The notes: a model not told the origin generated them from the sequence alone. A stretch of 64,000 nt of DNA from Granulicella sp. (GCA_027339965.1 DAHWNL010000049.1:30542-94541), one strand, 5' to 3'; positions 8,245 to 19,703 are shown, numbered from the stretch's first letter. Made by a program: numbers and translations.

Positions 8245-11200
8245 ATGCCAAAGTTTGCATTGAAATTTCCATTCTTTATTATCATGCTCTGCCTGATGGT
8301 GACTCTTGTAGGAACGGTCACGGTCTCAAGGATGCCGGTGGATCTGTTCCCTCCCATCGATATGCCGGTGGTGGTAGTAGCCACGTTTTACAACGGCATG
8401 CCCCCGCAGCAGATCGAAGCGGATATCACCAACACCTTTGAGCGGTTCTTTACCCTCGCCACAGATGTGGATCACAGCGAATCGCGATCGATGACCGGTG
8501 TAAGCATCATCAAGATCTACTTCAAGCCAGGCACAGACCCCAACGCGGCCGCCAGCGACGTATCCAATCTTGCCATGGCTGACCTGCGCCGTCTCCCTCC
8601 CGGAACCTTGCCTCCGGTCGTGCTGGCCTTGACAGCTTCGAGTCAACCCGTCTGTCTGATTACCCTCAACGGTAAAGGTTTGAATGAGACGCAATTGAAG
8701 GATCTGGCGCAATATGAGGTTCGCGATCAGATCGCCAACGTGCAAGGAGCCTCTGTTATCCAGCCTTTTGGCGGAACCTACCGTCAGATTCAGATCTACG
8801 TCGATCCGCTCAAGATGATGGCTCACAACATGAGCCTCAACGATGTGGTCAACTCCGTGAATGCGTCGAATCTGATCTTGCCGGCGGGCGACGTCCGTAT
8901 CGGAACGAAGGACTACAACATCTACGCTAACAGCCAGTTTCCAAACGCCAAGATGATGAACGAGATGCCGGTCAAGACAGAGGGGAACGCCTCAGTTCTT
9001 GTCTCTGACATAGGCCGGGCCGAAGATTCTGGCGCTCTGCAATACAACATCGTGCGCATCAATGGGCAGCGATCCGTATACGTGCCCATCTTCACGCAGG
9101 GTGGAGACGCGAACACGATCAATATCGTCAATGGCATGAAGGAAGATATCAAACACCTGGTTGACGTTCCAGAATCGTTAAAGGTCGCGGTCGCATTCGA
9201 CCAATCGGTCTTCGTCAAGCTTGCCGTCCGAAACCTGATCAAGGAAGCCAGCATCGGCCTGGGCCTTACCGGGATCATGATCCTGATCTTCCTTGGCAGC
9301 CCGCGAGCCACCTTTGCCGTCATGCTTTCCATCCCGCTCTCGGCACTCGTATGCCTGTTGGTCACCAACCTCATCGGTGGGACGGTCAATACCATGCTCC
9401 TCGGCGGCCTGGCGCTGGCTTTCTCCCGACTGATCGACGACTCGGTGGTGGTGCTGGAAAATATCTTCCGATATATGGAGATGGGTAGTCCACCTGTTGA
9501 AGCTGCAGAGAAGGGTGGCATGGAGGTCTCCCTTGCCGTTCTGGCAGCAACCTCGACCACGGCGATCGTGTTCTTTCCTGTCGCCTTTCTTACTGGAATC
9601 AGTAAATACATCTTCACCCCGTTGGCGCTGGGCGTGGTGATATCGATCTTTGCCTCCTACTTCTTCGCAATGACCGTAGTTCCACTCTTCTGCGCCAAGT
9701 TTGTCCGCCTATCCCATAACGAGGAAGGCCACGACGAACATGGTGGCAATCTTTCGGCCTTTCAGCGTTTGATTCACCGATTCAATCAATACTTCCAGCG
9801 ATTTCTGGACGTCTATGAGCGTCTTGCCTACCGTGTCCTGCAGAAGCCAGCGATTACAGCCATTGTCATCCTGGGCGGTCTGGCCATTACCTTCTTCGGT
9901 CTTTTCCCTTTTCTGGGGCGAGCCTACTTTCCCCGCACCGATCCTGGTCAGTTTGTGGTTGACCTGCGGCTTCCGAGTGGAACCCGTATCGAGGTAAGCA
10001 ACGAATATTGCGCCAGAATAGAAAAAATCATCCGCCAAGTGGTCAAGCCGAAGGATCTTGGCATGATCGTCTCCAATATCGGCGTCTATCCGGATCTCTC
10101 CTCACTCTTTACAACGAACGCATCGATGGATACGGCATTTATCCAGACCAGCCTTAAGGAAGACAGCAGCAAGGGCAGTTATGAGTATATGGATCTTGTC
10201 CAAAAGGCGCTGTCCAAGCAGATGCCCGAAGTTACAGCTTATTACTATGCGGGAGGCTTGATTGACAGCGTCATCAACGAGGGATTGATTGCCCCCATCG
10301 ATGTTCAGGTGACATCCATGAACCTGCGCGGAGGGTTCAATTTAGCGCAACAACTTGCCTCAAAGATCAAGAAGATGCCCAATGTGAGCGACGCTTTTGT
10401 CCCACAGGATCTGGATTATCCCGGCATAGCGCTCGATGTCGACCGTCAGAAGGCCAGCCTGATCGGGCTCTCTGCGCAGGATGTGGTGGACGACGTTGTC
10501 ACCGCTCTGACCTCAGACGGCATGATCGCTCCGAGCTACTGGATCGATCCCGTCAGCGGCAATAACTACTTTGTCACGGTTCAATATGCGAACCGCTGGA
10601 TTGATAACATGTCCATGGAGGACCTTGGGAACATACCTCTCCGCGGCACTCAGCCTCCGGGATACAGTCCAACCAACATCGGTCGGATGGCCGTAAAGAT
10701 GCCGTCCAACTTCCTGCGAAGCGATCACAGCACCGGCTATACGCCGCTCAGTTCGGTGGCCAATCTTGTTCTGATGAATACGCCAACCGAGGTGGACCAC
10801 TATCAGATCCAGCGCGTGTCGGACGTCTATGTCTCGACCAAGACGGAGGCCCTGAATGACGTCATCTCCAGAATCCAGACGCTGCTGAAAAACACCAAGC
10901 ACGGTCGCAATACAGTTCTGATGGTTCGTGGTGCTCCTATCAGCATGAACACGGCCTTCCACGACTTCGGCCTTGGCCTGGTTGTAGCAGTTCTGATGGT
11001 CTATCTGGTGCTAATGTCGCAGTTCCAGTCCTTTATCGATCCGTTCATTATTCTCATGGCCGTTCCTCCGGGCCTTGTAGGGGTACTCTTATTCCTGATG
11101 CTCACCGGATCGACGCTCAATGTCATGTCCTTGATGGGCGTGATCATGATGACCGGAATCGTGGTGTCCAACAGCATTCTGATTGTGGAGTTTGCCGGAA

Positions 11201-11487
11201 TTCTCCATGAGCAGGGTAAGTCGTTGCTGGACGCCGTGGTGAGCTCCTGTAAGATTCGTCTGCGTCCCATCATGATGACCTCGCTGGCTACGCTCCTGGG
11301 CATGATTCCCCTGGCCCTGGGACTCGAAGCTGGAAGCCAACAGTACGCTCCGTTGGCCCGCGCCATCATCGGCGGCCTGGGAATGTCGGTAGCCGTCACT
11401 GTGTTTTTGGTCCCCGCGGTCTACCTTGTCGTTCATGGTCGCCGTGAGTCCAATGCCACCGGCGTAGAAGGAGTTGAACATGCATAA
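8245..11487 (+). CDS. RND efflux transporter permease (AcrB/CusA superfamily)
   Basis: 1080 aa; MPVDLFPPID, IDDSVVVLENI and RLRPIMMTSLATLLGMIPLAL; two membrane blocks with two large periplasmic loops. Confidence 0.96.
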   Translation: MPKFALKFPFFIIMLCLMVTLVGTVTVSRMPVDLFPPIDMPVVVVATFYNGMPPQQIEADITNTFERFFTLATDVDHSESRSMTGVSIIKIYFKPGTDPNAAASDVSNLAMADLRRLPPGTLPPVVLALTASSQPVCLITLNGKGLNETQLKDLAQYEVRDQIANVQGASVIQPFGGTYRQIQIYVDPLKMMAHNMSLNDVVNSVNASNLILPAGDVRIGTKDYNIYANSQFPNAKMMNEMPVKTEGNASVLVSDIGRAEDSGALQYNIVRINGQRSVYVPIFTQGGDANTINIVNGMKEDIKHLVDVPESLKVAVAFDQSVFVKLAVRNLIKEASIGLGLTGIMILIFLGSPRATFAVMLSIPLSALVCLLVTNLIGGTVNTMLLGGLALAFSRLIDDSVVVLENIFRYMEMGSPPVEAAEKGGMEVSLAVLAATSTTAIVFFPVAFLTGISKYIFTPLALGVVISIFASYFFAMTVVPLFCAKFVRLSHNEEGHDEHGGNLSAFQRLIHRFNQYFQRFLDVYERLAYRVLQKPAITAIVILGGLAITFFGLFPFLGRAYFPRTDPGQFVVDLRLPSGTRIEVSNEYCARIEKIIRQVVKPKDLGMIVSNIGVYPDLSSLFTTNASMDTAFIQTSLKEDSSKGSYEYMDLVQKALSKQMPEVTAYYYAGGLIDSVINEGLIAPIDVQVTSMNLRGGFNLAQQLASKIKKMPNVSDAFVPQDLDYPGIALDVDRQKASLIGLSAQDVVDDVVTALTSDGMIAPSYWIDPVSGNNYFVTVQYANRWIDNMSMEDLGNIPLRGTQPPGYSPTNIGRMAVKMPSNFLRSDHSTGYTPLSSVANLVLMNTPTEVDHYQIQRVSDVYVSTKTEALNDVISRIQTLLKNTKHGRNTVLMVRGAPISMNTAFHDFGLGLVVAVLMVYLVLMSQFQSFIDPFIILMAVPPGLVGVLLFLMLTGSTLNVMSLMGVIMMTGIVVSNSILIVEFAGILHEQGKSLLDAVVSSCKIRLRPIMMTSLATLLGMIPLALGLEAGSQQYAPLARAIIGGLGMSVAVTVFLVPAVYLVVHGRRESNATGVEGVEHA

Positions 11488-12937
11488 TCGTCGCAAGACC
11501 ATGGGTTTTGGCATCTTCTCTGCCATCGTGATCGCCTGCGGATCTCTGTCAGCCCGTAATTTGCAGGCGCAGAGCCAGGCTCTGCCCGATGCTCCGAAGA
11601 CGAGCCTTTTTCTTAGTGCTGCGCAAACGCCGCAGGACCCGGCAACGCAGGCGACATCTGCTCAAGCCCAGGCGATGACGGCTCCAACGACGAGCGCTGA
11701 GCCGAATGCTCCGAAGCTCACCGTTGCTCAGGCAGAACAGATGGCGCTGAAAAATAACCCAAATATCAGTGTGGCCCAACTGTTCGCGCTCGCCAAGGAG
11801 CAGGTGACCCGAGAAGTTTTCTCGGCCGAACTTCCAACAGTAACTGGCGCCTTGGTCGCTACGGACTCCAACCTTAACGGGCGGCTGGCGGCCGACGCCC
11901 AGGCGCCCTTTGACAATCCGCGAATTATCAACCGTTTTGCGGGAGGCGCTGAGGTCAATCAGCTCATTACCGACTTTGGACACACTGGCAACTTGGTGCG
12001 CAGTGCCAAATTCAACGCCAAAGCGCAGGTTGAGCAGGAAAAGGCTACGGAACTTGATATCACCCTCGTCACAGACCAGGCGTTTTACGACGCCTTGACC
12101 GCACAGGCGGTTCTCAAAGTGGCCAAGGAGACGGTCTACCAGCGCGAATCCACGGATGAGCAGGTCCGCGCGTTGACCAAGTTCAAGCTGCGTTCGGACG
12201 TCGATTTGAGCTTCGCCGACGTCCAGGTCTCTCGCGCCAAACTCTTCTTACTGGATGCGCAAAATAACGAAGAAACAACAATGGCCGCTCTCGATGATGT
12301 TCTTGGCCAGGAAAATAGCACACAGTACTCTCTGGTGGATGAGACAAATAACCATCCTGAACCAGCACCGGATGATCCGGAAGCCATGGTCAAGCTTGCC
12401 TTTACCCAACGGCCTGACCTTGCAGCCTTGAACTCCACCTATGCAGCCGACCAGCATTTCGCCCGAGCAGAGCGCGACCTATGGATGCCAAGCCTCACCG
12501 CTCTCGGAGCCGCTGGGGGAGAACCTATTCGTGGAGACAAAATCCAGCGGTCTTGGTACGCTATAGCTGGTGTAAATCTCAGCGTGCCGATTTTCAACGG
12601 CTTCCTTTTCAACGCTGAAGAGAGTCAGGCAAAACTCCAGGCCAAAGCGGCGCAAGAGCAGGTGCGCAACCTGACGGATAATATTGCGCGTGACGTGCGT
12701 ACTGCGGTCTTCAATGCGCAAACCGCATATCAGAAGATTGCGGTCACCGAGCAGATGCTTTACCAGGCCAATTATTCCCTTGCGCTTGCCTCAGCACGTT
12801 ACAAGATGAATTTGAGCGGCATCGTGGAGATAACTCAAGCTCAACTGGAGCAAGCCCAGGCTGCGGTCGACAATGCGACCGCCCGTTACAACTATCAGAC
12901 AGCCATGGCGATTTTGCATTATGAGCTCGGCGAGTGA
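11474..12937 (+). CDS. TolC-family outer membrane efflux protein
   Basis: Signal peptide; LTVAQAEQMALKNNP, RPDL and LSVPIFNG motifs; overlaps the RND permease gene. Confidence 0.92.
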   Translation: MNMHNRRKTMGFGIFSAIVIACGSLSARNLQAQSQALPDAPKTSLFLSAAQTPQDPATQATSAQAQAMTAPTTSAEPNAPKLTVAQAEQMALKNNPNISVAQLFALAKEQVTREVFSAELPTVTGALVATDSNLNGRLAADAQAPFDNPRIINRFAGGAEVNQLITDFGHTGNLVRSAKFNAKAQVEQEKATELDITLVTDQAFYDALTAQAVLKVAKETVYQRESTDEQVRALTKFKLRSDVDLSFADVQVSRAKLFLLDAQNNEETTMAALDDVLGQENSTQYSLVDETNNHPEPAPDDPEAMVKLAFTQRPDLAALNSTYAADQHFARAERDLWMPSLTALGAAGGEPIRGDKIQRSWYAIAGVNLSVPIFNGFLFNAEESQAKLQAKAAQEQVRNLTDNIARDVRTAVFNAQTAYQKIAVTEQMLYQANYSLALASARYKMNLSGIVEITQAQLEQAQAAVDNATARYNYQTAMAILHYELGE

Positions 12938-13197
12938 GGAGTCGGCGGCCAGGAAAAGCACCCGACAGAACAGACGGTCTTGTTGAGATTCAATCCATCT
13001 GATCCTCGGGTTGCGGAACGATCCAGGAGGAAACCGTAGCCCTAGATATCCAGCAACGCCATCGATCTCAGGCCCTGATGAAGTTTCATATCTCTTGGCG
13101 CAAGTCGGTTCTACGCTGAACCATTCCGTCAAATCGGGGCCTCTATAACAGCCATCAACCACCATCCGCGGCAGCTTCAACCGGAGAACCGTTTGGT

Positions 13198-14103
13198 ATG
13201 CAGAAAGAGATTCGATTCAAGCAGATCCTGTTCGCTACGGACTTTCTGGAGAGCTCTCGCCTGGCTCTGGACTACGCAGTGGCCATCGCCAACCACTTTC
13301 AAGCTGCGATCGTCATGCTACACGTGGTAGAACTTATGCCTGCTGCCCTAGAGGCAGAGTTGATCACCAAGACGTCTAGCCAGACCCGCCAGGCCGCATA
13401 TCGTCGTCTCGCCGCGCTCGCAGAGGGCGTGCGACGCATGGGGTTGAACGTCTCCATCCTCGTTGAAGAGGGCGTTCCTTCCGACGTCATCCTTCAGGCC
13501 GCGAAACAGACGCAAGCCGATCTTTTGGTCCTCGGAGTCCATGGAGTTCACCGAGGATTGAGTCACCTTCTGATCGGCTCAAATACGGAGAAGCTCTTGC
13601 TCAGCGCCGAGTGCCCTACCCTGACTGTGGGCTCTCATGTGCTCTCCGGTGTCGATCTCTCGCTTCCCATGGACACAATTTTCTACTTTTCCGACTTCAC
13701 GCCCGAGGCCGCAGCCGCAGCGCCCTATGCGGTCTTCTTGCGTCAGGAGTTCCGAGTGCCTGTGGAAGTCTATCAGCTCTTAACCTCCGCAGCCCTCAAA
13801 GACCAGAACCTGAGCAGGAATCTAGCGGAGGAGTACTGTGCCCGGATGAAATCCATCTTTGGGGAAGACCAGGCAGAGTGGTGTACGCCGGACTTCCAGC
13901 TCAAAAATGGATTGGATCTGGACCGCATGATCACGATAGCCCAGACCCAGCCATCTGGATTGATCGTCATGGGCGTTCAGACCGAATCCCACCTCGGGCG
14001 TCATCTTCATACCAGCCTTGCCTATCATGTGCTCTCAAAAGCGGCTAGTCCCGTTCTTTCCATTCGCAACCTTGCCGTGGAGCCGCAGCCTCAGAATGCA
14101 TAA
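13198..14103 (+). CDS. Universal stress protein (tandem USP domains)
   Basis: ILFATDF, ADLLVLGVHG...LLIGSNTEKLL..AECPTLTV, and a second degenerate domain ending LIVMG...SPVLSI. Confidence 0.9.
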   Translation: MQKEIRFKQILFATDFLESSRLALDYAVAIANHFQAAIVMLHVVELMPAALEAELITKTSSQTRQAAYRRLAALAEGVRRMGLNVSILVEEGVPSDVILQAAKQTQADLLVLGVHGVHRGLSHLLIGSNTEKLLLSAECPTLTVGSHVLSGVDLSLPMDTIFYFSDFTPEAAAAAPYAVFLRQEFRVPVEVYQLLTSAALKDQNLSRNLAEEYCARMKSIFGEDQAEWCTPDFQLKNGLDLDRMITIAQTQPSGLIVMGVQTESHLGRHLHTSLAYHVLSKAASPVLSIRNLAVEPQPQNA

Positions 14104-14135
14104 GCGGCATCCATACCGCGCTCTGCCATCAGAAC

Positions 14136-15224
14136 TCACCTGGTTTGCAGTCTTTGCTCCCACTCCATGATTGCAGCCTGCTCGGCGGCTGCAAATGTAA
14201 GGTGTCCCACCTTACGCCCCGGCCTTGCTTCTTTGCCGTAGTCGTGACGAAACAAGCCTGGAAACGCTGCCGTTTCCGCCTCGGGAGGCATGCTCCCTAT
14301 GCAGTTCAACATGACGGTCGGTCGACTTTCTGTGCTGCCCAGTTCCCTTCCTGATATCGCCCGCAGATGGTTTTCAAACTGCGAGGTCGCGGAACCTTCG
14401 ATGGTCCAATGACCTGAATTATGAACCCTGGGCGCCATCTCATTGGCCAAGAGATTGCCGTTCGCAACAAAAAACTCGACCGCCAGAATGCCTACATAGT
14501 TGAGCCTCTTCAGTAAGATCGTCATATGGCGCTCGGCTTTCTGCTGCAAATCCTCATGCAGAAATGGAGCGCTGGAGACGCGCAGGATGCCCTCCCGGTG
14601 ATAATTCTCGACCAAGGGATAAAAGACGGTCTCTCCACTCCTGGCGCGCGCGGCAATCAGGGATACCTCTGCATCGAAACCGATAACTCCCTCTAGAATG
14701 CAGGGAACCTCTCCGACAGATGCCCATGCAGCGGCCGCCTCTTCGCTATGGTGCAGGCGCACCTGACCTTTGCCGTCGTATCCGAGCCTCCTGGTTTTGA
14801 GAATTGCAGGCCGTCCGATCTCCCTGATGCCTTGATGCAGATCAATCAGACTATCCACCGCAACAAATGGCGCAGTGGCAACACCGCAGTCCCTGAAGAA
14901 GCGCTTCTCCAACAAGCGCTCCTGAGCGATTCCAATTGCACCCGCATTGGGATAGAGATTCAACCCCTGGAGCACATCAGCGTGGATGTTTTCGCTCTCT
15001 ACTGTTACCAGATCCATCCCTTGCGCAAAAGCAGCCACTGCCTCAGCGTCGTTCAGGTCAACATTGCGAACCTCAGCAACCTGCCCCGCACAGTCCCCTG
15101 GCCGGCCCGCGCAGACCACCTCAAGATCGAGCGCTGCGGAGGCTTGCGCCAACATTAATGCTAGTTGCCCGGCACCCAGAATGCCGATCCTTTGCCGCGA
15201 ATTCTTCTTGCCCACCTGAATCAT
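14136..15224 (-). CDS. purK: N5-carboxyaminoimidazole ribonucleotide synthase
   Basis: [58 protein letters not shown]. Confidence 0.97.
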   Translation of the reverse strand: MIQVGKKNSRQRIGILGAGQLALMLAQASAALDLEVVCAGRPGDCAGQVAEVRNVDLNDAEAVAAFAQGMDLVTVESENIHADVLQGLNLYPNAGAIGIAQERLLEKRFFRDCGVATAPFVAVDSLIDLHQGIREIGRPAILKTRRLGYDGKGQVRLHHSEEAAAAWASVGEVPCILEGVIGFDAEVSLIAARARSGETVFYPLVENYHREGILRVSSAPFLHEDLQQKAERHMTILLKRLNYVGILAVEFFVANGNLLANEMAPRVHNSGHWTIEGSATSQFENHLRAISGRELGSTESRPTVMLNCIGSMPPEAETAAFPGLFRHDYGKEARPGRKVGHLTFAAAEQAAIMEWEQRLQTR

Positions 15225-15772
15225 TGACGCGGGTCCGGTCCTTTCAGGACAACTTTGGTCTGTGCTTTACGGAACTTCTCCAGCCTCCGCTGCAGTTCTT
15301 CGTTCTCCAGCCCCAGGACCGATACCGCAAACAAACCTGCATTCTTTGCGCCAGCCTCACCAATGGCGAACGTCGCCACCGGAACCCCGGCCGGCATCTG
15401 GGCGATAGAGAGAAGGGAGTCCAGACCCTTCAGAGCTCGGCTCTTCACGGGAACGCCCAGCACTGGCAAGGTCGTCTTCGCCGCCACCATGCCGGGCAGG
15501 TGTGCCGCCCCGCCAGCTCCGGCAATAATGATCTTCAGCCCGCGCTCTTTAGCGCTCTCTGCGTAGCGCATCATCTTGTCTGGGGTGCGGTGCGCCGATA
15601 CCACTTCCACCTGAAAGCCCACCCCAAACTCTTCGAGGACGCCGGCCGCCGCCTCCATGGTAGGCCAATCGGAGCGAGACCCCATGATGATGCCGACCGC
15701 TGCCACTCTCTCAGATGAGTTTCCGGTCCTCCCCATTGTCCTCGCCTGGCCATTCTGCGCTCGCTTTGCCAT
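15221..15772 (-). CDS. purE: N5-CAIR mutase
   Basis: [38 protein letters not shown]. Confidence 0.98.
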   Translation of the reverse strand: MAKRAQNGQARTMGRTGNSSERVAAVGIIMGSRSDWPTMEAAAGVLEEFGVGFQVEVVSAHRTPDKMMRYAESAKERGLKIIIAGAGGAAHLPGMVAAKTTLPVLGVPVKSRALKGLDSLLSIAQMPAGVPVATFAIGEAGAKNAGLFAVSVLGLENEELQRRLEKFRKAQTKVVLKGPDPRQ

Positions 15773-16365
15773 TATGCCCTCGAATCCTTTTGGATCTCGC
15801 TCCAGTTTCTCAATACCTCAACAAACGCCTCCTGTTCGAGCGCTTGTACCCTGTCCTTCAATCGATCCACTGTATCGTCAGGCAGGACAGTGCACCGCTT
15901 CTGCAGAACGATCGGTCCTCCGTCAACCTCTTCCGTCACCTGATGAACCGTACAACCGGTTTCTGCAACTCCTGCGGCCAGTACGGCCTCATGCACCTTT
16001 CGATTCATCAACCCCGCAAAATCTGGAAGCAGCGATGGATGCACGTTCAGCAGTCTACCCCTCCAGGTCTGAACAAATGAAGCGGTGACAATGCGCATAT
16101 AACCGATCAGTAGCACTACCTCGGCACCTACGCTCTCCAGCACCCGACTTACTTGCCGGTCATACGCTTCACGCGTCAGGCCTGCCGAATCCAGAAAGAG
16201 AGCCGCCACCTGGTGTCTCGCGGCTCGCTCCAGGATCGGAGCGGTCTGCTTGTCTGAGATGACCATCACAACTTCGGCGTCCAGACCCCCTGCGGCGATC
16301 GCATCCAGGACACCTTGCAGTGCTGTTCCACGCGTCGATCCCAAGACCCCAACCTTTAAACTCAT
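15772..16365 (-). CDS. purN: Phosphoribosylglycinamide formyltransferase
   Basis: [30 protein letters not shown]. Confidence 0.96.
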   Translation of the reverse strand: MSLKVGVLGSTRGTALQGVLDAIAAGGLDAEVVMVISDKQTAPILERAARHQVAALFLDSAGLTREAYDRQVSRVLESVGAEVVLLIGYMRIVTASFVQTWRGRLLNVHPSLLPDFAGLMNRKVHEAVLAAGVAETGCTVHQVTEEVDGGPIVLQKRCTVLPDDTVDRLKDRVQALEQEAFVEVLRNWSEIQKDSRA

Positions 16366-17684
16366 GCCTGCCGCACCACCTTCATATGCTCAATACGCTG
16401 AAGAATGGCTCTCTCGGTGCCGATGTCGGAGCGGTGAAAGAACGGGCCAGGAATCATTCTCACCGTCTCTTCACACCGAGTCTCTGCCTCGTTCAGGCTT
16501 TCCCCAACACCCACCACAGCAACCGTCCGGGAACCGGTGGCGACCAGGGTGTGATCCTTGACATCCACAGCGCTCAGGAACAGACTCACCCCTTTGGGCA
16601 GATCTGTGGGCAGTAGAACCGGGTCGCCCTTGCGGGGCTGATCCGGATATCCCTCTGGCACCAGATACTTGCATACGCTGGCATAACCAGAGAATCGTGT
16701 CGGAACATCCTTTAGAGATCCGCTTACCATCGCCCGGCAGATTTTCAGAAAATCAGACTCAAGCAGAGTCAGCAAGTTCAGCGACTCCGGGTCTCCAAAC
16801 CGAGCGTTGTACTCGATCAGTTTTACGCCATCGTGGGTAGCTATAAAGCCACCATAAAGAATGCCTTGATAGGGTGCTCCACAATCCGCGCCAAGCGCTG
16901 CCGCAACACGCTCATTGATTCTTTGAGCCTTCAAAACGTCCTCATCCGTCAGGAAGGGCAGTTTCTGGTTCACACCCGTATACGTACCCATGCCGCCAGT
17001 GTTGGGCCCCGTATCTCCCTCATAGGCCCGCTTGTGATCTTGAACGGCGGGCATATGCCGCAACGTCGTTCCGTCGCAGAAGCTCATGAGAGAGAACTCT
17101 TCGCCCCCGAGCTTTTCTTCCACCACAAAGGCGTGACCTTGACCTACCAGCTCGCGGCAAAATGCAATGCTGTCCTCCATGGACAGAAGATGATCCCCGC
17201 AGACCTTGACGCCCTTGCCTCCAGCCAGACCATCGTCTTTGATCACGTGCCGCCCAGAAAGCTCCGTGAGCAACTTCTCCACACCATCCATAGAGGTGAA
17301 TCGCTGAAAGAATGGATTCCCTGGAATCCCATGGCTGGCCAACAGATCTCTGGCAAAACCTTTGCTGGATTCAATACGGGCCTGACTCTGCCTCGGTCCA
17401 ACGACAGGAATTCCAGCCTCCCACAGCGCGTCCGCAACGCCCGCAGCTAACGGCGCCTCTGGCCCGATCACGGCCAGCGTTGCGCCGTGCTTGCGCCCAA
17501 ACGAGACAACCGCCTCCGGCTGCGTGATGCTCCCAAGTCCGTACTCCGAACACAGAGCCACGATGCCTGGATTGCTCGCTCCGCTGAAGCAGAGCAGCCG
17601 GGGCCGCTCTGTCGAATGCGCTAAGGTCCGTGCAATCGCATGCTCGCGGGCTCCCGAACCTACCACCAGAATCGTTTCGCTCAT
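16362..17684 (-). CDS. purD: Phosphoribosylamine-glycine ligase
   Basis: GSGAREHA, GPEAPL, GLAGGKGV, QDHKR, GPNTGGMG, EYNARFGDPE. Confidence 0.97.
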   Translation of the reverse strand: MSETILVVGSGAREHAIARTLAHSTERPRLLCFSGASNPGIVALCSEYGLGSITQPEAVVSFGRKHGATLAVIGPEAPLAAGVADALWEAGIPVVGPRQSQARIESSKGFARDLLASHGIPGNPFFQRFTSMDGVEKLLTELSGRHVIKDDGLAGGKGVKVCGDHLLSMEDSIAFCRELVGQGHAFVVEEKLGGEEFSLMSFCDGTTLRHMPAVQDHKRAYEGDTGPNTGGMGTYTGVNQKLPFLTDEDVLKAQRINERVAAALGADCGAPYQGILYGGFIATHDGVKLIEYNARFGDPESLNLLTLLESDFLKICRAMVSGSLKDVPTRFSGYASVCKYLVPEGYPDQPRKGDPVLLPTDLPKGVSLFLSAVDVKDHTLVATGSRTVAVVGVGESLNEAETRCEETVRMIPGPFFHRSDIGTERAILQRIEHMKVVRQA

Positions 17685-18634
17685 TGCCTCAAACTCGCCA
17701 TGACTGTCTCTTCCAACGGCCGCCCATCAGGCTCAAACACCGTCTCTGTGATTTTTTCAAAGAGCTGAATGTATCGCGACGCCAACTCGCCGATCAGATC
17801 ATCCGGCGGCGCCGGAAGCACGTCATCCTTGTAAGGATCGCATCGTTCCCGGAACCAGAGGCGAAAGAACTCCTTGTCGATCATATGTGGTTCCTGCCCA
17901 GCCGCCAGCCTCTCTGCGTAACTCTCTGCCAGCCAATAACGGCTGGAGTCGGGGGTATGGATCTCATCGATCACAAGCACCTCTCCATTCGGAGCCACTC
18001 CAAACTCATACTTGGTATCCACCAGAATCAGTCCGCGTTGCGCGGCAAGTCTCTGACCAAAGGCAAACAGCTCCAGAGCCTTTTGCGAAGTAATCCCCCA
18101 CTGCTGGGCGGTCATCCAGCCCTCCGCTACGATCTCCTCACCGCTGATCGGTCGGTCGTGAGCTTTCTCTTTGGTCGTTGGCGTGACGATACTCTGCGGC
18201 AACGGCTGATTCTTGTTCATGCCCTCAGGAAGAGTATGACCGCAGTAGTTTCGTGCTCCCTTTTGATATTGCGTCCAGATGGAAGTATCGGTGGATCCCG
18301 TCATATAGCCGCGCACGACGAACTCGATGGGGAGAACGTCGCACTTGCGGGCAACCAGTGCGTTGGCATGCGGACTGAAGAGAACGTGGTTGGGAATGAT
18401 ATGGCGTGTCTGATCAAACCAGTAAAGGGATGTCCGGTTCAGCACCTGCCCTTTGAAGGGAATCACGCCCAGCATACGGTCAAAGCCGCTCTGGCGATCT
18501 GTGGTCACCAGCAACAGACGACCGTCGCCCAGGTCATAAGTATCCCGCACCTTACCCGGATGCTTCCCTGCCAGCGGCAGGTCGGTCGCCGCAACGCAAT
18601 TCGAAATGGCTTCCACAAGCAACCTTCTCTCCAT
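17681..18634 (-). CDS. purC: SAICAR synthetase (start moved to ATG 18634, just after the purM stop)
   Basis: GKVRDTY, TDRQSGFD, EFVVRGY, LVDTKYEFG, DEIHTPDSSRYW, DKEFFR. Confidence 0.96.
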   Translation of the reverse strand: MERRLLVEAISNCVAATDLPLAGKHPGKVRDTYDLGDGRLLLVTTDRQSGFDRMLGVIPFKGQVLNRTSLYWFDQTRHIIPNHVLFSPHANALVARKCDVLPIEFVVRGYMTGSTDTSIWTQYQKGARNYCGHTLPEGMNKNQPLPQSIVTPTTKEKAHDRPISGEEIVAEGWMTAQQWGITSQKALELFAFGQRLAAQRGLILVDTKYEFGVAPNGEVLVIDEIHTPDSSRYWLAESYAERLAAGQEPHMIDKEFFRLWFRERCDPYKDDVLPAPPDDLIGELASRYIQLFEKITETVFEPDGRPLEETVMASLRQ

Positions 18635-18635
18635 C

Positions 18636-19703
18636 TCAGCCGGCCTCAGCAAAACGAACTCCAGACGCATGATTCTCAACCCATCCCAGCTCCCAGAGAC
18701 GAAAGGCTGGGAACGGCTGGAGAGCATCTGCCAAATCGGCTCGCATTCCCGCAGGGCCAATCAGAACCAAACCCACTCCCATGTTGAAGGTGCGATACAT
18801 CTCCGGATCGTTGATGTTGCCCAGGCGCTGCATCCACTCGAAGATCGGCTGCGGATGCCAGGTGGTGCGATCGATGACCACGCCCAGGCCCTCCGGCACA
18901 ATGCGCGGCACATTCTCCAGCAGCCCGCCACCGGTAATGTGCGCCATACCCTTCACCGGAATTCCCGCATCCAGAATTCGCCGCACCGGAGCGACATAGT
19001 TGGCGTGCGGGGCAAGCAACACATCGGCAATCGACTTGCCGCCCAGCTCCTCCGGCTTCTCCTGAATGCCGTAGCCACCAGCTTCAAAGATAAGCTTGCG
19101 GGCCAGGGAGAAGCCGTTGGTGTGCAAACCACTGGAGTTGATGGCGTACAAAACATCACCGGCCACGATGTCAGCTCCGGTCAGAAGCCTCCGGCGATCG
19201 ACCACTCCGGTGACGAATCCAACCACATCCAGATCTCCATCGGCGTAAACCGCGGGCATCTCCGCCGTCTCACCACCCACCAGAGAAATTCCTGCTTCCT
19301 CACAGGCCGCGCTCATGCCGCGCACCAGGGCTTCGACTATCTTAGGTTCCACCTTATGGAACCCCAGATAGTCGAGAAAAGTGAGCGGAGTCGCTCCCAT
19401 CACTACAATATCGCCCGCGACTGCCGCGACCAAATCGCGGCCCAGATCCTCATAACGGCCGGCCATCACCGTTACCTTGCTTTTGGTGCCCACGCCATCG
19501 GTGCTTTGCACCATTACCGGCTCTTCCATTCCCTTCAGGGCGTGTCCCATAGAGAACAGGCTGCCGAAAGAACCTAACCCGGTTAGCACCGCTGGTGAGT
19601 GCGTCTTCGCCACGTGTGACTTGATCCGTCGCACCGCTTCATTGCCAGCTTCTATATCAACACCCGCGGATTTGTAATCCATCTTCACAGTCACTCCAGC
19701 CAC
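18636..19703 (-). CDS. purM: AIR synthetase
   Basis: YKSAGVDIEAG, STDGVGTK, GGETAEMP, SSGLHTNG, AHITGGG, RTFNMGVG. Confidence 0.98.
   Translation of the reverse strand: MAGVTVKMDYKSAGVDIEAGNEAVRRIKSHVAKTHSPAVLTGLGSFGSLFSMGHALKGMEEPVMVQSTDGVGTKSKVTVMAGRYEDLGRDLVAAVAGDIVVMGATPLTFLDYLGFHKVEPKIVEALVRGMSAACEEAGISLVGGETAEMPAVYADGDLDVVGFVTGVVDRRRLLTGADIVAGDVLYAINSSGLHTNGFSLARKLIFEAGGYGIQEKPEELGGKSIADVLLAPHANYVAPVRRILDAGIPVKGMAHITGGGLLENVPRIVPEGLGVVIDRTTWHPQPIFEWMQRLGNINDPEMYRTFNMGVGLVLIGPAGMRADLADALQPFPAFRLWELGWVENHASGVRFAEAG

Noticed and set aside
13070..13095. FNR/CRP-like site upstream of the USP gene
   Set aside because: CTGATGAAGTTTCAT matches the consensus too poorly to support
17630..19577. 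385-aa and 323-aa plus-strand ORFs
   Set aside because: Antisense to purC and purM; no independent coding evidence
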